Assembly (NCBI GenBank): GCA_910585295.1
Contig: CAJUDE010000003.1
Location: 2,321-66,320, forward strand
Direction: 5' to 3'
Length of the DNA stretch: 64,000 bases
Source of the DNA: an uncultured Lachnospiraceae bacterium
Lineage (GTDB): Bacteria > Bacillota > Clostridia > Lachnospirales > Lachnospiraceae
Position numbers and translations under genes: made by a program. This document shows, one piece after another, positions 56,305-64,000 of this stretch. Below the pieces are notes generated by a model, which did not search any database, was not told the origin of the DNA, and saw nothing but the letters and a program-made list of their open reading frames with translations. The stretch's first letter is position 1, and each line of letters opens with the position of its first letter.

Positions 56305-58566
56305 ATGATCAGACAATACAATAAAGCAAAAAAAGAATTAAGAAAAATAAAAAAGAACCTGAAGAAAACGTTTCCTTTTCTGGGGCGGCTGTCGAAGGCA
56401 AGGAAACAGTGCTGGGCATGGTGGTATTTATTTTGGGGCAGTGCAGATGAAAATTTAATCGTGTTTAAATCACACGATGGCAGGGACTACGGTGGGATGC
56501 CCCGCAAAATTTACGAGAGCCTTTTAAACGACCCCCAGTATGAAGCTTATAAGTTTGCCTGGGTATTTAACAGCAAAGGGGATTTTAAGTTTTTAAATGA
56601 AAACGACCGGACAAGGATTTATTCCTCTGGAAGTAAGAAAGGCATACGTATATCGGAAAAAGCGCATTATATGGTGACCAATTCAGAACTGGCGTTTTAC
56701 CAGAGGCTGCGTAAGAACCAAGTGCTGGTATTTGACCCAGAGGAATTTTACGGCACCTTTTTGTATTTAGGGAAAAGCTCCGATGAAATGGAAGGGCTGG
56801 AGCCGTATAACTGCACCAGGGTATTGAAACGGGCCAATTACATCCTGGCTTCCACAGAAAACAACCAGAAACAGGTTTCTAAGCTTTGCAGGGAAGTTGG
56901 GAATAAGAAAGCAGAAATTTTAAGTGGGGCAACTTATTTGTCCGAGTATTTTATTGAGCAGGGAGAAGAGAGACGTATCCCTGGGTTTGAGCCGCCAGAG
57001 GGCAAAAAGAGGATTTTGGTGTCGTTGTCTGACCGTTTTGTTATTTCTTCTAGGTTTTTAAGGAAAATTGAGAGGAAATATGGTAAGGATTATGCATTTT
57101 TTTTTCGGAAGAAGCCGATTGTCACTTGGAAAAAATCAGAAAAAGGCTATAAGCTGCTGGCGAGGATGGAAGAAGAGAATACCAATCTCCTAAAAGAGGC
57201 GATCCTTGCCCAAAATGAACTGCATTTGGACAGAGTGTATGATATGGAAAGTTCTGAGACATTCCTTACCTGCCCAAGCCGTATGTCCAGAAAAGAAGTG
57301 TTTGCAATGTCCGACGTAATTTTAACAGATAAATGGAGCGAAGTTATTGAGGCAAGCATCTTAGGGAAAAAAGTAATCTGTACAACAGACGACGGCCTTA
57401 GCACAGATGGAATCAGACGGGACGCTCTCCTAAAGCTGAAAGAAGAACATCCTGAAATCCTAATTCTGGACAGCACAGAGATTATGGAAGCAATCGTCAA
57501 TGGGAAGGTAAAAGAAAATACTGGTATTTGGAGCCAGGTATTCCCAGGCGCTAATAGAAATACAGGAGCCGGCATTCCGAACCGTTTTATTGACATGACC
57601 CTTGGCGTTGCGGACGGCTGGTTTAAGGGTTCATTAAGGAAAGTCCCAGTTGTATTCGACTTGATGAAAAAGTTAAATATGTTATTTTATAATTTTAAGT
57701 CCCTGAAAAAAGAAGTAAGTTATCAAGCAAAAGAGTTGATAAAAAAAGCAGATGTGAAGCTTTTGTATATTTATTATACCATGACGGGGGTTTTGCGCAG
57801 CAAGGGCATTAATTTTGGAGAAAATGCCAAGCTTTTGTATACTTACAAAAATAAATATGCAGGGCAGAGGTGCTTTTTGATTGGGAATGGCCCATCCCTT
57901 ACTATTTCTGATTTGGAATTGCTGCAGGGGGAAATTACGTTTGGCTGTAACCGTGTCTATAAATTGTTTGAGAATACTGCCTGGCGCCCAGATTATTTTT
58001 GCATGATTGACGCCCTGATTGCAAAATATAGTTCTAAGGAGCTTGCTGAAAATGTGGAATGCCCATTGTTTACCAATATTAATACAAGGGATTTGATGGA
58101 ATATAAGCCAAAGAACCTAGTATTTGCCCGGAACCTTGGGGACAACCCTTACCGTGTCAGCGAGAACTTTGAAGCATATTATGTGCCTTCTGGGGCCACG
58201 GTTATGACATTTATGCTGGAACTTGCTATGTATATGGGATTTAAAGACATTTATTTAATTGGCGTTGACTGCACCTCAAGCCTGGTTTCTAATGGGCATT
58301 GTGCAAAAGGCTATGTGAACCCAGACCTTGTGCAGAAAGACATTGAGCGTGTGCGCAAAAGGCTGAATGACCCAACCCTTACGGCAGAGCAGGTGGCGGC
58401 TTATTATTATGACCAGAGCACGTTCTCTTATAAAGTACTGCGCGACTATGCAGAAGGGCATGGCATCCATATTTATAATGCCACCCGCGGCGGGATGCTG
58501 GAAGTATATGAAAGGCGTAATTTAGACGAGGTGGTGGGCAAGAAAGATGATGCAAAACAAGATTAA
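56305..58566 (+). CDS. Fusion of a degenerate TagF-like domain and a DUF115/MAF_flag10 domain
   Basis: N-terminal IVFKSHDGRDYGGMPRKIYESL...FAWVF and SDVILTD (TagF-like); C-terminal RCFLIGNGPSL, YMGFKDIYLIGVD, NATRGGMLEVY. Confidence 0.7.
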   Translation: MIRQYNKAKKELRKIKKNLKKTFPFLGRLSKARKQCWAWWYLFWGSADENLIVFKSHDGRDYGGMPRKIYESLLNDPQYEAYKFAWVFNSKGDFKFLNENDRTRIYSSGSKKGIRISEKAHYMVTNSELAFYQRLRKNQVLVFDPEEFYGTFLYLGKSSDEMEGLEPYNCTRVLKRANYILASTENNQKQVSKLCREVGNKKAEILSGATYLSEYFIEQGEERRIPGFEPPEGKKRILVSLSDRFVISSRFLRKIERKYGKDYAFFFRKKPIVTWKKSEKGYKLLARMEEENTNLLKEAILAQNELHLDRVYDMESSETFLTCPSRMSRKEVFAMSDVILTDKWSEVIEASILGKKVICTTDDGLSTDGIRRDALLKLKEEHPEILILDSTEIMEAIVNGKVKENTGIWSQVFPGANRNTGAGIPNRFIDMTLGVADGWFKGSLRKVPVVFDLMKKLNMLFYNFKSLKKEVSYQAKELIKKADVKLLYIYYTMTGVLRSKGINFGENAKLLYTYKNKYAGQRCFLIGNGPSLTISDLELLQGEITFGCNRVYKLFENTAWRPDYFCMIDALIAKYSSKELAENVECPLFTNINTRDLMEYKPKNLVFARNLGDNPYRVSENFEAYYVPSGATVMTFMLELAMYMGFKDIYLIGVDCTSSLVSNGHCAKGYVNPDLVQKDIERVRKRLNDPTLTAEQVAAYYYDQSTFSYKVLRDYAEGHGIHIYNATRGGMLEVYERRNLDEVVGKKDDAKQD

Positions 58567-59074
58567 GGATATAAAGGCGCTTGCCCTGGATGTGGATGGG
58601 ACTATGACAGACGGTTCCATCTACATTTCAGAACATGGGGAAGCAATGAAACGGTTTGATGTGAAGGATGGGCTGGGAATTAGCCTTCTGGTAAATGCAG
58701 GGATTGCGGTGGCAGTCATAACTGGGCGCAAGTCCCAGATTGTCCTGGAGCGCGCAAGGGAGCTTAAAATTAGTGAAGTAGTCCAAGGCGCGGCTAAAAA
58801 AGGGCAGGCGATGGAGGAACTTGCGGCAAGGCAGGGAATTTCTGTAGAAGAGATAGCCTATATCGGCGATGACCTGAACGACCTGCCGGCATTGGCGGTT
58901 GCCGGATGCTCTTTCTGCCCGGCGGACGCGGTAGAGGAAGTTAAGGAAAAATGCCATATCGTGTTGAAGCATAATGGAGGTTTTGGCGCAGTGCGTGAAG
59001 CGGCTGAAATTATTTTGAAGGCACAGGGGAAATATGAGGACGTGGTTCAGAAAGCGTACAGATTGAGACAATAG
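58547..59074 (+). CDS. KdsC-family HAD phosphatase (KDO8P/KDN9P phosphatase-like)
   Basis: LDVDGTMTDG, FDVKDGLG, ITGRKS, YIGDDLND, GGFGAVRE. Confidence 0.9.
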   Translation: MMQNKIKDIKALALDVDGTMTDGSIYISEHGEAMKRFDVKDGLGISLLVNAGIAVAVITGRKSQIVLERARELKISEVVQGAAKKGQAMEELAARQGISVEEIAYIGDDLNDLPALAVAGCSFCPADAVEEVKEKCHIVLKHNGGFGAVREAAEIILKAQGKYEDVVQKAYRLRQ

Positions 59075-59083
59075 AGGGAAAAT

Positions 59084-61075
59084 GTGGCTGAAATGAGATA
59101 CACCAGGATAATAAGAAAAACTCTTTTATTAAGTGCAATAGGGATAATACTGAGCCTTTCTATAGCTTCTATGTGTTCCAGCGGGACATGGAACCTGAAT
59201 AAATTTTATGATGTGGGGGAAGTGTTTGACACCTGGAACCTAAATGACGAACCAGCTATTTCCTGTAATTTGCCATCAAAAAAAATCAATTGGAATTATC
59301 TGTATTTGCATGCATCTGATGTTGGAGATTCGCCCCTTTCTGTAAGGATCGTTTTTTATGATAAATTATGGAATTGGCTCAAAGAAGGGGTATGGGAGCT
59401 TTCAAATGGGGAGAATGAAATCCCCCTAAATCAGATTGGCTTGGAAGGCCTAAAGTACAAAAAGGTCGCGATTATCAATCTAGAAGGGCAGGAAGCGCCA
59501 TGTAAGGTTTATCGGGCGCAGTTTAGGGAGTTTCCTGAATATTTTTCTTGGCGCAGGTTTGTGGTGGTGTTTTTCCTTATTTTGGCAGTTTATGGCGCGG
59601 TTGTCCTTTTAGTATGTAAAAAGTTGGGAAGCAAGGAGAAAAAAGAAAAAGTCCATAGTCCCATAGATATCATTGTGGACAATGTGCAAAGGATTTATTG
59701 GAAAATTTTTCAGGGGATACCAGAAAAGCTTCAAAATACTCCAGAGAGGATGAAAAGTGCATACCGGGTGGAATGCCTGGTGTTTTTGTTTTTAAATTCC
59801 TTAATGATGACAAAATTCGGTAATTATCAAAACAGGCTGCAATATCAAGGGTATATGGTATTGCAAAGTGCGCTGTTGATTATTTGGTGTATGGTTAGTC
59901 TGAAACCAGGGCAGAAGCTTTGTCATTTTAACAAAAAATTTCTGGCATCATGGGGCAGCATGTGTATCCTGATGTGCATTTCTGATTTTATTGTGGATAA
60001 GAAATTTGCCCATACGGGCATTTGGATGCTGTTTACATTTAGCATTGTATTCTGGGGTTGGGCAAATGTGGATGACCCAAAAAAAATTTTGAAAGAGCTG
60101 GAAAAGGCGGTTGAGGTTATTTTTCTTGTATTTTGCCTGTATTGCTTTTTATTTGAGCCATATGATGGGGTGTCAGGTTATATTGGAATGACAACGAATC
60201 AGAATACATTAGGGGAATTTATGACAGTTGCGCTTGCCGCCTTTTGTTCGGTGCTAGATGAACTGTTTTATCATGAGAATAGATGGAAGGGTATTCTGTT
60301 AAAATCCTTGGAAGTATTGCTTACATTATATTTGATTTCTATTAGTGGTTGCAGGGCATCCACAGTATTTGCAGTATGTTGTGCGGTTCTCTTTTCTGCT
60401 AAGATAAAGATGAACTTGAGAAAGAAACAGTATATGAAAAATGTAGGAATATTTTGTGTTGTACTGGCAGTATTTTGCTTGCCCGTGTTTAAAATTGCAG
60501 ATTTGGGTTTAAAAAATGTTCCTTTTGTTTTAAAGACAAATATCGTTGCAGGCGTTCAGGAAGCAGAGAATGTAAATATAATAGGACGGCGAGATGGCTT
60601 TATTGTGCAAGCCAAAGATAGCCAAGAAGTAAAAATTGAAGAGATTGAAAAGAAAAAGGAATTTAGCAAGTTATATAATAAGCTGGATATTTGGACTTCT
60701 TCCCGAGTTTCTATATGGAGGACTTATGCAGAGCATATGAATTTATGGGGACATTATGGGAATGAAAAGGTAAATTCTCTAATGGGACCTATAAAAATAG
60801 GCGCCCATAATATGTTCCTTACAATAATGTATCAATATGGAGTGTTTGTAATGGTTCCTTTTTTGGCTGTTGTATGTTTCCTGTTAAGCTACGGAGTGAA
60901 ATATATGGTAAGGAATGGGAGAACGGCGGGAAAGTGCAGTTTTTTACCCTTAGGGCTGGCATCGGCTTATATTATTTCTGCTTCACTTGGCAATATAGAG
61001 CAGCCTATGCGCTATATCCCTTGGATTGTGTTTTATTTCTTGATGGGATTTTGTGCAACCAATCATGGAGACTAA
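59084..61075 (+). CDS. O-antigen ligase/polymerase-like membrane protein
   Basis: N-terminal extracellular domain then ~12 TM; NQNTLG, SGCRAS, SSRVSIW, GAHNMFLTIMYQYG. Confidence 0.72.
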   Translation: MAEMRYTRIIRKTLLLSAIGIILSLSIASMCSSGTWNLNKFYDVGEVFDTWNLNDEPAISCNLPSKKINWNYLYLHASDVGDSPLSVRIVFYDKLWNWLKEGVWELSNGENEIPLNQIGLEGLKYKKVAIINLEGQEAPCKVYRAQFREFPEYFSWRRFVVVFFLILAVYGAVVLLVCKKLGSKEKKEKVHSPIDIIVDNVQRIYWKIFQGIPEKLQNTPERMKSAYRVECLVFLFLNSLMMTKFGNYQNRLQYQGYMVLQSALLIIWCMVSLKPGQKLCHFNKKFLASWGSMCILMCISDFIVDKKFAHTGIWMLFTFSIVFWGWANVDDPKKILKELEKAVEVIFLVFCLYCFLFEPYDGVSGYIGMTTNQNTLGEFMTVALAAFCSVLDELFYHENRWKGILLKSLEVLLTLYLISISGCRASTVFAVCCAVLFSAKIKMNLRKKQYMKNVGIFCVVLAVFCLPVFKIADLGLKNVPFVLKTNIVAGVQEAENVNIIGRRDGFIVQAKDSQEVKIEEIEKKKEFSKLYNKLDIWTSSRVSIWRTYAEHMNLWGHYGNEKVNSLMGPIKIGAHNMFLTIMYQYGVFVMVPFLAVVCFLLSYGVKYMVRNGRTAGKCSFLPLGLASAYIISASLGNIEQPMRYIPWIVFYFLMGFCATNHGD

Positions 61076-61179
61076 CAAAAAGGCATAAAGGGCAAAAGGC
61101 GATAATAGGTTTATATCCTGACATTTTCAGATGAACGGTAAGAGCTGCAGGTGAAAATTTATTTATTCAATTCCATTAC

Positions 61180-63267
61180 ATGATTACAAGTAAAGGGATA
61201 GAGGTAGGAAGTTTGGACACACAGAAGAACAGATGGGCAAAATTGAAAATTTTTGTATGTTTACTAGCAGGCGCTTTGCTCTGTGCAATGGTTTCCATTC
61301 TTTATATGAGTGAAAACTTTAATTTGGACCGTTTTTTTAGTCCAGGGGTTGTGTATGATTTTCCTCGGAAAGATTTGCGGAAGCCTTCTAAGAGCTGGGT
61401 CTATGATGAGGAGAATGGATTGTACCGGCTGGCAGGGGATGACGCGCTGAATAAATACCTTCTGAATGGGAAGGCAAAGAAGTGGAAATATTTGTACCTA
61501 ACAATTTCCTCCATGGATGTTCCACAGATGGAGGGGGCTATTGTATACTATACGAAGGAAAATGCCAGGGTATTTGAACAGCCAGTCACTTTTTCAAAAG
61601 GGGAAAATATGGTTGCCTTGGTAGACCATATTCCGATTAAGCGGATGGGGATTCGGATTTTGAACCAGGGCGGGGAAAACCTTTCCATTTCTTCCATGCA
61701 AATCAGGACAACACCGAACCGTTTTCCGCTGAAACGGTGTATCAAAGTGTTTTCTGCAGCTTATATTGGATTTTTGGTGTTTTTTGGCTGCATAGTATAT
61801 TATAATAAGAAACATCCATGGACAGTTCAGGTAAATGGTTATAGGTTTGTGGAAAACTTACAATATGTTTTTCAGATTTTTGGGGACGGATTTGGGCGCA
61901 GGGTGAAAGGGAAGCTAACAGAGAAGCAAAAGAACCTTGGGCAGATTGCAGCGCTTGCAGGGGTATTTTTGATTATGGTAATTGGCAATGGGCTGAACTG
62001 GACTAAGAAGGCTGACTTCCGATATTACGCGCTGGGATGCCTGGTTCTGCTTGTGCTGTTTGGAATTTTGTCATGGAGGAAACCCTGGAAAAATGTGAAT
62101 TGGAAACATCCGTTGGCGGCAGCCTGGCTTTGCCTGATGATTGGGATGGTGATTTCAGATTTTTTTGTTAACAAAGGATATGGTTTGGTTAGCAGTATGT
62201 TCCTGGTCTGTGGAAGCTTCTTTATTTTTTCCTTGAACCATTCAGAAAGTCAGCATAAGGCGGCTTACCATATTATGAAAGCCTTGGAATTTATATTTCC
62301 AATTGTATGCCTGTATTGCATGGTGTTTCGGAGGAAAAAGATTGGGATTTCTTACAACGGCCCTTTCCGAAGCCCAGAGGATCTAGCAATGTATGCATCC
62401 TTGATGGTAAGTGTGTTCCTTACAGAATTGGACGCGTTATTCTATCAAGTGGTTTCTGAAAAAGAGAAAAAAGCATCTAAATATTGCGCCTGCTATGCCG
62501 CTGGGGCGGCGTCGTCATTATATTTTGTGCTAAGGGCAGAAGAACCCATGGGATATTTAGCCACCCTATTAGTGGCTGGTTGTTTCTGTTGGCGGCAAGC
62601 CAAACGGTATTCAAATATTCTGTCGGAGGTGAAAAAGGCATTTCCAGATATAGTAAAGTGGGGAGCGGTTGCCATAGTGTCTGTGTGCCTAATCCACTGT
62701 TCTGTCAAGTATATCCCATCTTTACTGAATACAGAGGTGGAATATAAAAAAGAAACATTAGTTACTGGAAAAGATGATGAGGCAAAAGAACGTTTTCAGG
62801 CACTGGAACCAGACTTGGCGCGTGCGAAGCAGCGGGAAGATAGGGAATTGCCAGTGATATGGAAGAATTACCTACGTAAAATAAATTTGATGGGGAATCC
62901 TGGGGCAGTGCAGGTGTTCCGGGAACGGACTCCGGCATACAATGGATATGTTTACATCATGTACCGATATGGGATTTTCATCCTTGTTCCCTATGTGGTG
63001 TTCCAAATCTGCATGGCTGGTTTTGCGATTCAAAAAATCAGGGATGGCGCGGCAAAAGGGCAATTGCAGCCGGACGGGGCGTTTTGGATGTCATTGGTAG
63101 TCCTTATATTTTTATGTTTTTGCATTGCAGGCAATGTGGAGGCGCTGTTGGGGAATCCTTTGTGGTTTTGCTTTTATCTGGGCAGCGCCATATGGTTTGC
63201 AGAAAGTGGAAAAGTGGATGCTATTTCGCCAGTTGCAATTTCAGAGGAACCGCGGTACAATAAATAA
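61180..63267 (+). CDS. Second ligase/polymerase-like membrane protein, paralogue of the previous gene
   Basis: Same architecture; IWKNYL, AYNGYVYIMYRYG; start may be TTG at 61213. Confidence 0.65.
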   Translation: MITSKGIEVGSLDTQKNRWAKLKIFVCLLAGALLCAMVSILYMSENFNLDRFFSPGVVYDFPRKDLRKPSKSWVYDEENGLYRLAGDDALNKYLLNGKAKKWKYLYLTISSMDVPQMEGAIVYYTKENARVFEQPVTFSKGENMVALVDHIPIKRMGIRILNQGGENLSISSMQIRTTPNRFPLKRCIKVFSAAYIGFLVFFGCIVYYNKKHPWTVQVNGYRFVENLQYVFQIFGDGFGRRVKGKLTEKQKNLGQIAALAGVFLIMVIGNGLNWTKKADFRYYALGCLVLLVLFGILSWRKPWKNVNWKHPLAAAWLCLMIGMVISDFFVNKGYGLVSSMFLVCGSFFIFSLNHSESQHKAAYHIMKALEFIFPIVCLYCMVFRRKKIGISYNGPFRSPEDLAMYASLMVSVFLTELDALFYQVVSEKEKKASKYCACYAAGAASSLYFVLRAEEPMGYLATLLVAGCFCWRQAKRYSNILSEVKKAFPDIVKWGAVAIVSVCLIHCSVKYIPSLLNTEVEYKKETLVTGKDDEAKERFQALEPDLARAKQREDRELPVIWKNYLRKINLMGNPGAVQVFRERTPAYNGYVYIMYRYGIFILVPYVVFQICMAGFAIQKIRDGAAKGQLQPDGAFWMSLVVLIFLCFCIAGNVEALLGNPLWFCFYLGSAIWFAESGKVDAISPVAISEEPRYNK
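63233..63261 (+). promoter_or_regulatory. Possible promoter inside the 3' end of the preceding gene, driving the capD-like gene
   Basis: TTGCAA-17 bp-TACAAT. Confidence 0.45.
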
Positions 63268-63297
63268 AGCAAATTTTACTGAAAAGAGGAAAAAGAT

Positions 63298-64000
63298 GTG
63301 AAAATATGGATAGAGGGGAATCAGATTTTATTAAAGCGTGCGTTTTTGATTCTATATGATGTACTTGCTGTGGTTGCGGCCAGCTTGTTGGCTTTATTGA
63401 TTCGCTATGAAGGGCATGTCATTGAGATTCCGAGGATTTATGTGCATAAAAGCTTACAGTATATCCCGGTGATTATTATAGTGACAGTTGTCATATTTTA
63501 TGGGTTCCGTCTGTACAGCAGCCTTTGGACCTTTGCCGGGGCGCCGGAGCTGATTAATATTACCTTTGCCTGTGCCTTGTCATCCCTGGCGCAGATGGTA
63601 GTGATGGTGGTTTTTGATGTGCGTATGCCCAGAAGCTATTATTTTCTGTATGGGGTGTCATTGTGGATTTTGGTATTCCTCAGCCGATTTTCTTATCGGG
63701 GGATAAGAACTTTGATAAAACGGAATGCCAGTGGTGCAATATCGTCTAGGGTGATGATTGTAGGCGCTGGCGCAGCAGGGAATATGTTGGTTAAGGAAAT
63801 ACGGAACAGCGACCATGTAAGCAAGCGGGTAGTATGTATTGTGGATGATGACAGGTCTAAGGAAGGCAGCTTTCTCCATGGCGTGAAAGTAATGGGAAAC
63901 AGGCAGAACATTCCAGAATTAGTGAAACTGTATCGGATTGACGAGATTATTATTGCCATGCCTTCCGCACCAGCGAGGGAAATTAAAGAGATTCTGGATG
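63298..64000 (+). CDS. Polysaccharide biosynthesis protein, CapD/PglF-like membrane nucleotide-sugar dehydratase (runs off the window; not in the ORF track)
   Basis: GTG start after GAGGA; reads MKIWIEGNQILLKRAFLILYD...RLYSSLW...VMIVGAGAAG...IVDDD...IIIAMPSA with no stop. Confidence 0.85.
   Translation, partial: MKIWIEGNQILLKRAFLILYDVLAVVAASLLALLIRYEGHVIEIPRIYVHKSLQYIPVIIIVTVVIFYGFRLYSSLWTFAGAPELINITFACALSSLAQMVVMVVFDVRMPRSYYFLYGVSLWILVFLSRFSYRGIRTLIKRNASGAISSRVMIVGAGAAGNMLVKEIRNSDHVSKRVVCIVDDDRSKEGSFLHGVKVMGNRQNIPELVKLYRIDEIIIAMPSAPAREIKEILD

Noticed and set aside
57097..57105. T9 run (also T8 at 28568-28575, C7 near 53727, A8 near 60079) as phase-variation tracts
   Set aside because: Runs are short, the genes are in frame, and such runs are expected in AT-rich membrane and Lys-rich coding sequence
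53665..58566. DUF115/Maf-like proteins as flagellin glycosyltransferases or MptE pterin kinases
   Set aside because: No flagellin gene nearby, and the genes sit in an operon with a glycan ABC exporter and CMP-sugar enzymes; flagellin modification is not excluded but is less parsimonious
63306..63359. ATG at 63306 as start of the last gene
   Set aside because: That frame stops after 17 codons; the GTG at 63298 gives the long CapD-like frame
153..63959. Numerous minus-strand and nested ORFs in the ORF track
   Set aside because: Antisense or alternate-frame shadows of well-supported + strand genes with no recognisable motifs; only 42012-42719 was accepted

Overview
A 64 kb window from a low-GC Gram-positive (Bacillota) chromosome. 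Gene content and order point to a motile Lachnospiraceae-like gut clostridium (inference). Nearly all real genes lie on the + strand. The first ~19 kb is housekeeping: 3' end of uvrB, uvrA, an mreB/mbl homologue, two flagellar rod genes and a rod-binding gene, recD2, an ABC importer, comF, yvyF, cdaA-cdaR-glmM and HPr. From ~19.2 kb to the right edge runs a large cell-surface glycan locus. It contains: dispersed rmlD/B/A/C; an ADP-heptose module (gmhA, GT9 heptosyltransferase, hldE, gmhB), which is unusual in a monoderm; a Tll-like 6-deoxytalose reductase with GT2 and acyltransferase genes; a Wzm/Wzt exporter with a methyltransferase-kinase capping enzyme; a second ABC exporter followed by a candidate non-canonical CMP-ulosonic-acid pathway (DRE-TIM aldolase, KdsC-like phosphatase, CMP-transferase, two DUF115/Maf-like proteins); two paralogous ligase/polymerase-like membrane proteins; and a CapD-like gene cut by the window edge. 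Two non-coding features stand out. One is a 72-bp tandem array (5 near-identical units plus 1 degenerate) that starts inside the gmhA promoter and shows structure-compatible substitutions. The other is a candidate csRNA-like small RNA antisense behind uvrA. I saw no rRNA, tRNA, CRISPR array or transposase. All protein calls come from motif recognition by eye, not from database searches.
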